Shown piece by piece: positions 1 to 9,887 of a stretch of DNA of 64,000 nucleotides. The DNA is from an uncultured Rivularia sp. GTDB taxonomy: Bacteria; Cyanobacteriota; Cyanobacteriia; Cyanobacteriales; Nostocaceae. The notes below the pieces were generated by a model. That model saw nothing but the letters and a program-made list of their open reading frames with translations. It searched no databases and had not been told where the DNA came from. The stretch lies in NCBI GenBank assembly GCA_963665115.1, contig OY762007.1, positions 608,001-672,000 of the forward strand, in the 5' to 3' direction. Numbering within the stretch: the first letter of the stretch is position 1; the number at the start of each line of letters is the position of its first letter. The translations under genes and the position numbers were made by a program.

Positions 1-11
1 ACGAAAAACGC

Positions 12-2711
12 TTGCGAAAACTAGCTGCGGATTTACCAGGGGTTATTTATCAGTTTCGCTTAGATGCAAATGGCGAAATGTCGTTTCCTTATATGAGTTC
101 TGGTTGTCGGAGGTTTCTGGAAATAGAACCTCAAAAAGCCGAGCAAAATTTCCATGTTGTTTTTGATTTAATTCATCCTTCAGACAAAGAATCCTATCTG
201 GAGTCAATGAAACTCTCAGCTGATACGTTGTTACCTTGGCTGTGGGAGGGAAGAATCATTACACATAGCGGTAAATGCAAGTGGATTCGGTGCGTATTGC
301 GACCGGAAAAACAAGCTGGTTGCGACATTCTTTGGAGTGGGCTGATGATTGATATCAGCGACAAAATACAAATAGAAGAACAGCTACGGCAGTATCAGCT
401 AGATTTAGAAAGCAAGGTGCAGTATCGCACTGCCGAACTTGAGGCAACGAACACACAACTACAAACCCAAATTTCAGGAAGACAACAAGCCGAAAAGACA
501 TTACATCAAACAGAAGCGCGGTTTGAAAAACTAGCGGCTAACGTTCCGGGAATGATTTATCAATATATATTGCATCCAGATGGTAGCAGCCATTTGCCCT
601 ATGTAAGTCCTGGTTGTTATAACCTTTATGAATTGAAACCCGAACAGATTCAACAAGATGTTAAAAATACTTTTGAAAAAACCCATCCGGATGACCTACC
701 AATCTTACAGCAGTCAATAGCGGTATCGGCCCAAAATTTAGAGCCTTGGAAGCAAGAATGGCGAATTACGACCCCATCAGGAGAATTGAAGTGGTTGAAG
801 GGGCATTCTAAACCGGAAAAGCAACCTAACGGAGATATTGTCTGGGATGGGATGGTGATGGATATTACCGAGCTTAAGCAAGCAGAAGAAGATGTACAAA
901 AGTTTGTATCTTTAATAGAAAATAGCTCCGACTTTATTGCTATAGCATCACTTGACACTCAAACTTTGTTCCTTAACGAAGCTGGTAAAAAACTTGTAGG
1001 AATAAATAGTACTGAAGAATACAGACGGACAACTATAGCTGATTATCATACACCTGAAGATTGGAAACATTTCGAGAAAAATATGGTGCCGATTATCCAA
1101 GATACAGGACGATGGCAAGGAGAGTTCCGCTTTAGGCATTGTAAAACAGGTAAACTTATTCCAATTGATTACAATGTTTTTGTTATTAAAGATCAAAAAA
1201 CCGAGAAACCCATAGCTTTCGCTACCGTTACACGAGATATTTCAGCACGTAAACAAGCCGAAGCTGCTATAAAAGAATCAGAAGCAAAATATCGTGAATT
1301 AGCGCGTCGGGAACAACTTCTTAACAATCTCGCCAGCCAAATTCGTGAATCATTAGATTTAAACACTGTTTTAAAAACAGCGATACAACAAATTAGAGAT
1401 TTATTAGATATTGATAGATGCAGTTTTTCTTGGTTTAATCCTAATGCTAAACCTCCTATTTGGGAAACTATTGAAGAATCAAAAAATAGTAGTTTACCTA
1501 GTTTGATAGGTCGCCATTCTATAGATAAGGTAGGGTCGGTGACAGAACTATTTATCAAACAAGAAATACTAAAAATAGACGATGCGAGCAAATGTGAAGA
1601 ACCAATACATCGACAATTCTTAGAATCTTTAGGGATTAAATCAGAAATTGTGCTGCCAATCCAGACCCGTTCCGGTCAAATTGGTGTAATTGTTTGTGGT
1701 CACTGGGCAGAAACTCGTCCTTGGACTGATGGTGAAGTAGAATTACTGCAAGCAGTAGTGGATCAATTGGCGATCGCCATTAACCAAGCCGATCTTTATG
1801 CAGAAACTCAACAAACAGCATTAAATGCTCAACAACAAGCGCAACAAATAGAACAAACGCTACAACAGCTCCAAAAAGCTCAATCTCAGTTGGTGCAAAG
1901 TGAAAAAATGTCTGGTTTGGGTCAGCTAGTTGCTGGAGTCGCTCACGAAATCAACAATCCTGTCAATTTTATTTACGGTAATTTAGCTCATGCAAGTAGT
2001 TATACTGAAGACATATTAGGTTTACTCAAACTGTACGAACGAGAATATCCCGAACCAACTCCGGAAATACAAGAAGAAATAAAAGCCCTCGATGTAGATT
2101 TTCTAGCTTCCGATCTACCTAAGCTAATGAAATCAATGATGATAGGGGCTGAAAGGATTCGAGGAATCGTACAATCGTTGAGAACCTTTTCTCGTCTTGA
2201 CGAAGCAGAAATGAAAACGGTAGATATTCATGAAGGTATTGAAAGTACTTTGATGATTCTGCAACATCGTCTTAAGCCCAAGCAGGAGCATCATGGAATT
2301 GAGATAATTAAGCAATACGCTAATCTACCTAAAGTTGTTTGCTTTGCCGGACAGCTAAATCAAGTATTTATGAATTTGCTTGCTAATGCAATTGACGCAT
2401 TAGAAGAAGGACTACATAAAGGTCAAGTCTGTACACCTAAAATCAAAATTACTACGGAAATGCTAAATAATGATTATGTTGCTATCCACATTATAGATAA
2501 CGGCACGGGAATTTCCGAAAAAGTCCAGCGACGTTTATTTGACCCATTCTTTACTACTAAGCCTGTTGGAGTTGGAACTGGTTTAGGTTTATCAATTAGT
2601 TATCAGATTATCGTTGATAAACATGGTGGTCAGCTACTCTGCTTTAGCAAACAGGGAGAAGGTACTGAGTTTGTTATTGAAATTCCTACGACTCAACCAG
2701 ACAACACTTGA
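12..2711 (+). CDS. Multi-PAS/GAF sensor histidine kinase (5' end probably lies upstream of the window)
   Basis: Two similar PAS/PAC repeats (LAADLPGVIYQF, LAANVPGMIYQY), a third PAS, a GAF, H-box VAGVAHEINNP, N-box QVFMNLLANAIDA and G-boxes DNGTG/GTGLGL. The frame is open from base 3. Confidence 0.93.
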   Translation: MRKLAADLPGVIYQFRLDANGEMSFPYMSSGCRRFLEIEPQKAEQNFHVVFDLIHPSDKESYLESMKLSADTLLPWLWEGRIITHSGKCKWIRCVLRPEKQAGCDILWSGLMIDISDKIQIEEQLRQYQLDLESKVQYRTAELEATNTQLQTQISGRQQAEKTLHQTEARFEKLAANVPGMIYQYILHPDGSSHLPYVSPGCYNLYELKPEQIQQDVKNTFEKTHPDDLPILQQSIAVSAQNLEPWKQEWRITTPSGELKWLKGHSKPEKQPNGDIVWDGMVMDITELKQAEEDVQKFVSLIENSSDFIAIASLDTQTLFLNEAGKKLVGINSTEEYRRTTIADYHTPEDWKHFEKNMVPIIQDTGRWQGEFRFRHCKTGKLIPIDYNVFVIKDQKTEKPIAFATVTRDISARKQAEAAIKESEAKYRELARREQLLNNLASQIRESLDLNTVLKTAIQQIRDLLDIDRCSFSWFNPNAKPPIWETIEESKNSSLPSLIGRHSIDKVGSVTELFIKQEILKIDDASKCEEPIHRQFLESLGIKSEIVLPIQTRSGQIGVIVCGHWAETRPWTDGEVELLQAVVDQLAIAINQADLYAETQQTALNAQQQAQQIEQTLQQLQKAQSQLVQSEKMSGLGQLVAGVAHEINNPVNFIYGNLAHASSYTEDILGLLKLYEREYPEPTPEIQEEIKALDVDFLASDLPKLMKSMMIGAERIRGIVQSLRTFSRLDEAEMKTVDIHEGIESTLMILQHRLKPKQEHHGIEIIKQYANLPKVVCFAGQLNQVFMNLLANAIDALEEGLHKGQVCTPKIKITTEMLNNDYVAIHIIDNGTGISEKVQRRLFDPFFTTKPVGVGTGLGLSISYQIIVDKHGGQLLCFSKQGEGTEFVIEIPTTQPDNT

Positions 2712-2777
2712 AAAATAAATGCATGAACTTATATGTCTTTGTTTACTACCTTCCCGCTCTAAAATTAGCGAAAAATT

Positions 2778-2849
2778 GTAGGTTTGGTTTCGTTCCTTAG
2801 ACCAGCATTCGTTGGGTTTTAATTCGTTCAACCCAACAACCCAACCTAC
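2778..2849. repeat. Short dispersed palindromic repeat (GTAGGTT...AACCTAC type)
   Basis: gtaggtt(t)gg ... ccaacctac inverted ends; a related half-copy gtaggttgggttag lies near 20166. Confidence 0.55.
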
Positions 2850-3475
2850 TTAATAGGTAATCTTCTACCGAGAAAAGAGTAGCATATAAGTCTCTGATAC
2901 AATCAATGATTTGCACAATAACAATTAATGGTATAGCATTTTTGATTTGCTACTAAAGTATTTATACTGAGACATAAAAAAAATAGCCTTATATTTACCT
3001 TATGCATATATAGTCTTTTTACAAAAAATCAAGATTTTTAAATACTTATAGTGAAAAGCAAAAGCTAACACAATATTCAGGTTACTGTTCTAATTTTTCT
3101 TTATCTAATCTTTAAAACTGCTAAAAATAAATATACATTTTTTTTAAACCTGTACTTATTTATAAATAGTATTACTTACAAATATTGTAAATTGATAACA
3201 TTATTACTTCTATAGATAAAATGATATTTTACAGATATTTACTGCTGTAAAAATAGAAAAACTGGTTTAAATTCTAGTTATGGATAAAAATTGATGAATG
3301 CTGACAGATTTTTATAATTTTGTATAGCAGGCAATACATATTAATTTATTCATATTAAGGCTCAAAGCCTTTGCTACTTATATATCAGGTTGCACTATCT
3401 AATTTTATATGCATTGAGATATCAAAATGCATTCAAAACTTGATAAATAGTTAGCAATATAAGGAAATAAATCTG

Positions 3476-4216
3476 ATGCAAGAAGTATTTGCACTAATTG
3501 AAAAGAACAAGAAAGAATTTACCAAATTAGAATTATTTGAGTATATGCAAGATAAAAGTATTACGCCGAATGATAGGCTATCTTTTGCTCCTTGCATGAC
3601 TCATTTTATTATGAGCTTCGGTGATTTAAATAAATATGTATTGAAAGAAGCACAGCCAGTTAACAAGCTTCAACATATAATTAACGAACACGCTAATGAG
3701 GATGAGGAACACTGGCGTTGGTTTGTTACAGACCTAGAAAAACTAGATTGCAATCCAATTCAAAATTTTTCAAAAGCATTAAAGTCTATTTGGAGCGAAG
3801 AAACTAAAATTACTCGTCAAATATCATATCATGTTGCTGGATATACTTTAACAGCAGAACCCATAATTAAAATAGCAGCAATTGAAGCATTAGAAGCAGT
3901 AGGGAATGTTTTCTTCTGTGCTTCATCTCAAGTTGCTTCAGACTTAAAGAAAATTACAAAAAAAGATTATCTTTATTTTGGTGAATCACATTTGAAGTTA
4001 GAAACAGGACATACTGTAGGAACACCAGAAACAGAATGTTTTTTAACAGAAATAGTGCTTACAGATTCACAGCGTCAACAAGCTTTTGATATAGTCGAGA
4101 AAATATTTCAAATTTTTACAGAATGGACATACGAGCTTTTAGCTTACGCACAAAAGCATGGTAAAGAATCTGCTATAGAAAACAAGATAGAACCAGGTTT
4201 GATGCTTTGCGTTTGA
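3476..4216 (+). CDS. Heme-oxygenase-like diiron oxidase (HDO), AetD-like
   Basis: All-helical 246-aa protein with HxxEDxxHW (D76,H79), EALE (E140) and SHxxxETGH (H172,E176,H179). The spacing matches, from recall, the diiron ligand set of the nitrile synthase AetD. Confidence 0.8.
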   Translation: MQEVFALIEKNKKEFTKLELFEYMQDKSITPNDRLSFAPCMTHFIMSFGDLNKYVLKEAQPVNKLQHIINEHANEDEEHWRWFVTDLEKLDCNPIQNFSKALKSIWSEETKITRQISYHVAGYTLTAEPIIKIAAIEALEAVGNVFFCASSQVASDLKKITKKDYLYFGESHLKLETGHTVGTPETECFLTEIVLTDSQRQQAFDIVEKIFQIFTEWTYELLAYAQKHGKESAIENKIEPGLMLCV

Positions 4217-4256
4217 TAAAATATTACGACGCGCCAGGATGCTGAATATCAACATG

Positions 4257-4288
4257 AAAAAAGACGTTGCATTGCAACGTCTTTTTTT
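4257..4288. terminator. Bidirectional intrinsic terminator between convergent genes
   Basis: A6-GACGTTGCA-T-TGCAACGTC-T7: a perfect hairpin with A and T tails. Confidence 0.8.
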
Positions 4289-4342
4289 ATAAGTTCATTT
4301 CAAGAAGTATTAGGAAATATCCAATTTCCCATGCCCAATTAC

Positions 4343-6449
4343 CTAAGCCGCACTTTTCAGACCATTATGCTTGAGTAAAGGTTCGGTACTCGGTTCTCTA
4401 CCACGGAAAGATTCAAATACTTCCATCGGATGTTTGCTACCGCCAAGTGCAAGTACGGTGTCGCGATAGCGTTTACCTGTCTCTTTAATAGCTTCTTCGT
4501 CTTCTAATCCCGCTTCTTCAAAAGCAGCAAAAGCATCCGCGCTTAATACTTCAGCCCATTTATAGCTGTAATAACCTGCCGCATATCCACCAGCAAAAAT
4601 ATGTCCGAAGGCACAGAGGAAGTTATCTTCTGGTAGCGGTGGCAATACAGTTGTATTTTTGGCGATGCGGCTGCGTACATCTTCGGGAGTTTCGCTACCA
4701 CCGGGGACGATAACGGTAATGTAATTCTATATCGAGCAAGCTAAAGTGCAGTTGACGCAACATCCCGCTACCGCTCATATAGTTACGTGCAGCAACTAAT
4801 TTCTGATAATAATGTTCTGGCAGAGGTTCGCCGGTTTCGTAATGCTTCGCCATTCCCATCAAAGTCGGGCGTTCGTAACACCAGTTTTCCATGAATTGAC
4901 TGGGTAATTCTACGGCATCCCACTCGACATTATTAATACCAGCAGCGCTAGGATAATTTATCTTGGTAAGCATATGCTGCAAGCCGTGACCAAATTCGTG
5001 GAAAAGGGTTTCTACTTCCGTAAAGGTCATTAAGCTGGGTTTATCATCAACCGGGGGAGTTTGGTTGCATATCAAATAAGCAACGGGTAACTGAATATCA
5101 GCTTTACCGTTTTGCTTAATTTGACGGCGATTTAAACAGGTATCCATCCATGCACCACCGCGTTTCTCGGCTGGGCGGCTGTAAGGATCTAAATAGAAAT
5201 AAGCTATGGGATTACCCGTTTCATCAGCTATTTGAAAATAGCGAACATTTTCGTGCCATACCGGCGCTTGTCCGTCAGCAGGAGTAACGCTAACGTTGAA
5301 TAAGCGTTTTACCAATCCGAATAAACCGTCAAGAACTTGAGGAAGTGGGAAATAGGGACGTAATTCTTCCTGGGTAAAATCAAACTTCTCTTCGCGCTGA
5401 CGCTCTGCCCAAAAGGTAACGTCCCAGTTTTTTAAATCCTTCGCTTCTGGAGCATTTTTAGAAGCTGCAAATTCTTTTAATTCTTCTAATTCTTTTTGTG
5501 CGGCATCGTAACTGGTAAGACGCAATTCTTCTAAAAGTCTATCAACTGCTTCTACGTTAGGAGCCATTTTACTTGCTAAACTCACCTCGGCATAGTTCTT
5601 ATATCCGAGTAATTCAGCTAATTCTTGCCTTAGCTCCAAAATACGCTTGATTATCGGTCTATTATCCAACTCTCCCGAAGATGCGCGAGAAATAAACGCT
5701 TTATACAGTTGTTCGCGTAAATCGCGTCGCTTGCTGTGCTGCATAAAAGGAGCATAGCTGGGAAAATCCAAAGTTATCAGCCAAGGGCCATTTTCCGGAG
5801 TCGCGTTTTCTTCACCAGCATCTCTTGCTGCTTGTGCTGCCAAACTCAGCCAGCTTGGAGGTAAACCTTCGACTTCTTCGGGGTTTACTAACTTTAAACT
5901 AAAAGCTTTAGTTGCATCCAAAACATGGTTTGAGAACTTCGTGGAAATTTCTGCCATTTCCATTTGAATAGCATTAAAACGTTCTTGTGCTTCACCTTCC
6001 AAACCAATACCAGCAAGTTCAGCATCGCGGATAGATGATTCAATAATTCGCTGTTGTGCTGAATCCAAAGTGTTCCAAATATCGTCTTCTCGCAATGCTT
6101 TGAAAGCATTATAAATAGGTTTACTTTGGCTGAGTCGGTTAGAAAACTGTACTATTTGAGGTTGTGAAGTTTCGTAAGCTTGACGTAATTCCGGGCTATT
6201 TTTCACACCCATCAAATGGCTAACAATACCCCAACTCCAAGTTAAACGTTCGGTTAACCGTTCCAAAGGTTCTACCAAACCGCTCCAAGTGGGTTTTAAA
6301 TCGGCTTCTAATTGAGTAAGTTCTTCATTTAGTTCTGAGAGTAATTGATTTAAAGCAGGTTCTACGTGTTCCGGCTTAACTTCTGCAAAAGGAGGTAAAC
6401 CCGAACATTTGAGCAAGGGATTATCTGAGATAGCAACTTTCGTGGTCAT
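4343..6449 (-). CDS. prlC: Oligopeptidase A (M3 family), split by an apparent +1 frameshift at GGGG 4703-4706
   Basis: HEFGH zinc motif, [11 protein letters not shown] and C-terminal [13 protein letters not shown]. Removing one G gives continuous [14 protein letters not shown]. Confidence 0.92.
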
Positions 6450-6559
6450 AAATGTGTGTGAGAGGCAAATATTCTATTATATATAGTTCTAATTTAATTA
6501 ATATTCGTAAATTTGGTGTTTGTGGAATTCCGTACCGAAGAGGATGGGCAAATAATGTA

Positions 6560-6582
6560 GAGACGTAGCAGTGCTACGTCTC
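6560..6582. repeat. Short dispersed palindromic repeat GAGACGTAGCA-N-TGCTACGTCTC
   Basis: Perfect hairpin with a second copy at about 48529-48551 and variants near 4262, 18208 and 36378-36428. Confidence 0.8.
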
Positions 6583-6603
6583 CCGACAATTGCGGGAAAA
6601 AAG

Positions 6604-7623
6604 TCAGATCGCATTCGTAATTTCCATAGTTTCCAACACCATCCAAACTACAAATAATCCATACATCCCCAGCAATACTACGCATTCTTTCTTACTCAAA
6701 ACCAATCCCGTGCGAAGCATCGCGAATAAAACAATCGTGGCAAAAGTTAATACACCCATCATCGGAGCAGCAACAGCAAAATCAATAATTGAAGCACCAG
6801 CAATCATTACTCCTACAGGAATCGCTACGAGCAAATCAAAAATATTGCTACCTAATACATTCGCGAGGCTGATAATCCCATCACCTCTTTGAGCAGCGCG
6901 GATACTCACAAAAGCATCCGGTAAACTAGTACCCGCAGCAATAACGGTGATACCCCAGAGAAAAGTTGGTGTATTTAAAACCTTTCCTAAACCAATCGCA
7001 CCTGAAACTAATCCTTCAACACTGATAACAATAAGAACCAAACTGAATAACAATCGCAGCCATTCTTTACCAATACGAATATTTGATGGACGCTCGCGAT
7101 TACTGGTTTGATTGTCTTCCATAGTGTCTTGCTGCTGTAAAAACAAATATAGTCCGTACATAGAAAGAGGCATCAAAGCAATTAATCGGTTCATTTTGCC
7201 CTGCAACATTACACCCGGTACCGGGTTGTAAATAACCGCAAAAGTAAAAGCTAGTAATAATACGGTAATGCTAGTAATATAAAATTGAGCATCCTTATAA
7301 ACCAAAAGGCGATCGGCACTTAAACGTTGCCCTACCAAACCGGAAATTCCGGGGATGACAAGAATATTAAAAATAGCCGAACCAACAATTGCTGCAACAC
7401 CCAAATCAAACTGTCCGTGAACGAGCGTTGCAAGTACCGTACTAGATAATTCCGGAAAACTTGAGCCAACCGCAACCACAACGCTTCCTTGAACAACGGG
7501 TGGTAATCGATAGTATTTAGATAAATTTTCGGCAGCAGTTTCTAACATAAAGCTGGCTTTCCAAACTACAGCAGTAGATATTACTATTAGACCGATATAT
7601 AAAATTAATCGTAATGCGTCCAT
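6604..7623 (-). CDS. Na+/Ca2+ exchanger (CaCA family) membrane protein
   Basis: About 10 TM helices with alpha-repeats GSSFPE...GSAIFN and GTSLPD...GSNIFD. Confidence 0.9.
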   Translation of the reverse strand: MDALRLILYIGLIVISTAVVWKASFMLETAAENLSKYYRLPPVVQGSVVVAVGSSFPELSSTVLATLVHGQFDLGVAAIVGSAIFNILVIPGISGLVGQRLSADRLLVYKDAQFYITSITVLLLAFTFAVIYNPVPGVMLQGKMNRLIALMPLSMYGLYLFLQQQDTMEDNQTSNRERPSNIRIGKEWLRLLFSLVLIVISVEGLVSGAIGLGKVLNTPTFLWGITVIAAGTSLPDAFVSIRAAQRGDGIISLANVLGSNIFDLLVAIPVGVMIAGASIIDFAVAAPMMGVLTFATIVLFAMLRTGLVLSKKECVVLLGMYGLFVVWMVLETMEITNAI

Positions 7624-7778
7624 TGGCTGGGGTTAAACAATAATGTTAATTAAGAGTTGCACGCCAAGACGCAAAGATGCAAAGTTTTAGGAATACATTA
7701 TTCAATTTTCTTTAAGAAGCAAATGAGAAAGAGAAAGTTGTATGTAAGTAGTGCGAGCAAGATGCTCCCACTACAAAT

Positions 7779-8172
7779 TTATATATCAACTTCTTCGAGA
7801 CGTTCCCAGTTGTCGGCTGGGAATAATTCACTTACCGCACCTTGTAACTGAATTTCTCCTTGTTTTAATACTGTTACTGTGTCGGCAATCTCACAGACGA
7901 AATCAATATTATTGCTGACTAAAAGCACGGTTTTACCCATCTCACAAACTTTATCTAGTAACTCTGCAATCTGACGACGAGATGATGCACTTAAACCAAC
8001 TGTAGGTTCGTCAAGAGTTAGCACTTTCGGATCTACAATTAAAGCTTCAGCGATAGTAATGAGTTTGCGCTGTCCTCGTGATAGTAAAATTGGGGTCTTC
8101 GTCGAGCATATTTTCATCAATTCCGACTAGCTCGCAGACACGCTCTTGCTGTTCGGAAATATGATCGTCTTC
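7779..8172 (-). pseudogene. C-terminal fragment of an ABC ATPase (ECF/CbiO-like), truncated at an IS right end
   Basis: Signature LSRGQRK and Walker B LDEPT are present but there is no Walker A. The frame (EDDHISEQQERVCELVGIDENMLDEDP, with a +1 at GGGG 8092-8095) begins immediately after the IS end at 8173. Confidence 0.8.
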
Positions 8173-8260
8173 TTGACACTCCCCGGCGTGAACGCACGGG
8201 GATTCTTGGATCTACGACATAACTTGCTACTGCTGGCTTACACCAACCGGAGTAGAGGTG
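8173..8260 (-). mobile_element. IS200/IS605-family (TnpB-associated) right end / partial omega-RNA remnant without tnpB
   Basis: Minus strand reads ACCTCTACTCCGGTTGG...AGCAAGT...CCAAGAATCCCCGTGCGTTCACGCCGGGGAGTGTCAA, i.e. the subterminal hairpin plus TCAA cleavage tetramer typical of cyanobacterial tnpB 3' ends. Confidence 0.8.
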
Positions 8261-8551
8261 TAAAATTAGGAAATTTAATTAAATTTTAAATATAACTTAA
8301 ATAATTATTAAACTAATTGTCTGCTTATCCAGACAAAATAAAAGTTGGTAATTCATATAGCCTAGCTAAGTCAAATACAGTATCCTCAATCAGGTTAAAA
8401 AAATAATTCTCTCAATTTTCTAATAAAAAACTAAAGTCAGAAGCTAGAAAAGTTAATTTCCAAGTTCTGACTTATGTTTGATATTAAATTTTTAGTTAAA
8501 AATCTGGCAGTGCTTAAATATTCTTCATTATGATATTTATGATGATATTTT

Positions 8552-8833
8552 TTATTTACAATCAGAACCAATACATTTAACCGTCTTTACAGCTTCAACT
8601 TCATTTCTGACAAACAGATTAAACTTAGGTTGCCAAACATATAGTTGGTAAACTGCTAACAACAACAATACACTACCTATTTGTACAACTGATGGAGCCG
8701 ATACAAACCCCATTACTAAAAGTATTACTCCGGTAAAAAGTACTGCGATACGATAGACTTCTTCGGCAATCTTTAGCCCTAAGCAGATAGTACACAACGC
8801 AAGAATAAATAGTACTGGATATACTGTTAACAT
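8552..8833 (-). CDS. Small hypothetical membrane protein (3 TM)
   Basis: ATG with upstream AGGA; hydrophobic helices. Confidence 0.65.
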   Translation of the reverse strand: MLTVYPVLFILALCTICLGLKIAEEVYRIAVLFTGVILLVMGFVSAPSVVQIGSVLLLLAVYQLYVWQPKFNLFVRNEVEAVKTVKCIGSDCK

Positions 8834-9887
8834 TTTTAGTTCCTAAAATTAGCTAGTAGAATCATCTATCGTTCTATTACAATAACAATTGTTTTAACGT
8901 TAGATAATAATTGTTTTACAATTCTAAATATCAAGCTTCGACAGATATTGAAAAATCTCAAAAAAAGCGGATTTTAGATACTTTACTTAACATTTATTCA
9001 AGTTGTTACCGTTGTAATCCAATGTCTTGTAGAACGTCAACTCTATATTACTCATGAATAATGCTTTTGGAGTCCATGTTTATAGGGATCAACCATTTAA
9101 GAACAGGATTGAGAACTATGGTTTATTGTATAATTGTTTTTTTAAAAGAAAGAACGAATTTCAGACATCAATTTATATGATTGCCTTTCAAACAAGATAT
9201 TGCTGCCATGTTTATAACAGACATATCGGCGGAAAGTTTCATCTCTAATAAAATTTGTATTTTCAAGAAATATATAGTAAGAATCTGCATTACTGCCATT
9301 CATTCCAAAATATTGCTGTTTCGGTAGCTATAACTTGAGCGGATATAATTATCAATAGTTAAAAACTCACTGATGTCAACGTAACTAAAAACCATTTAAT
9401 CTCTTACAATCAACTATTCTGCGGTTTCCAGAGATACTGCAATTCACACTAAAACAAGCTTTCCCTATCTATAGGTTTTTCCGGAATAATAAACAATTAT
9501 CGTAAATACTCATTTCAATACCTTCACGAATAAATCACCATCTGAGCATTAGATAACCGATAGAGACACTTTCTTGATACTGATGATTTCAATATTTTTA
9601 ATAGGATATTTTCAAATCAACCGATCGTTTTTGTTAAATTGCAGAACCAATATAATCAATATTACAGAAAAAAAGATTTAAATATATACTCCTTAAGTCG
9701 TATTTATAAATTTATCTTAGGAGAGTAATTGAGTTAAAGATCGGGTATTTAACTTATTTAATTAAAAAAGCTATAACTATCTAACTGTTTCTGGAATTAA
9801 CGCATATTTTCATTTTTGTAGATAAAAACAATATTTTTTTAACATTGTTCTAAAAAACGGCGATATTTTGAGAAAAAGTAACAAAAC

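Noticed and set aside
3476..4216. Aetokthonotoxin biosynthetic gene cluster
   Set aside because: Only an AetD-like gene is present. No flavin halogenases, tryptophanase or P450 lie nearby.
8990..9660. Possible heavily decayed gene (AraC-like N-terminus?) on the minus strand, and the 64-aa plus-strand ORF at 9054-9248
   Set aside because: Only short fragments with many stops; no motif could be identified confidently without a search.
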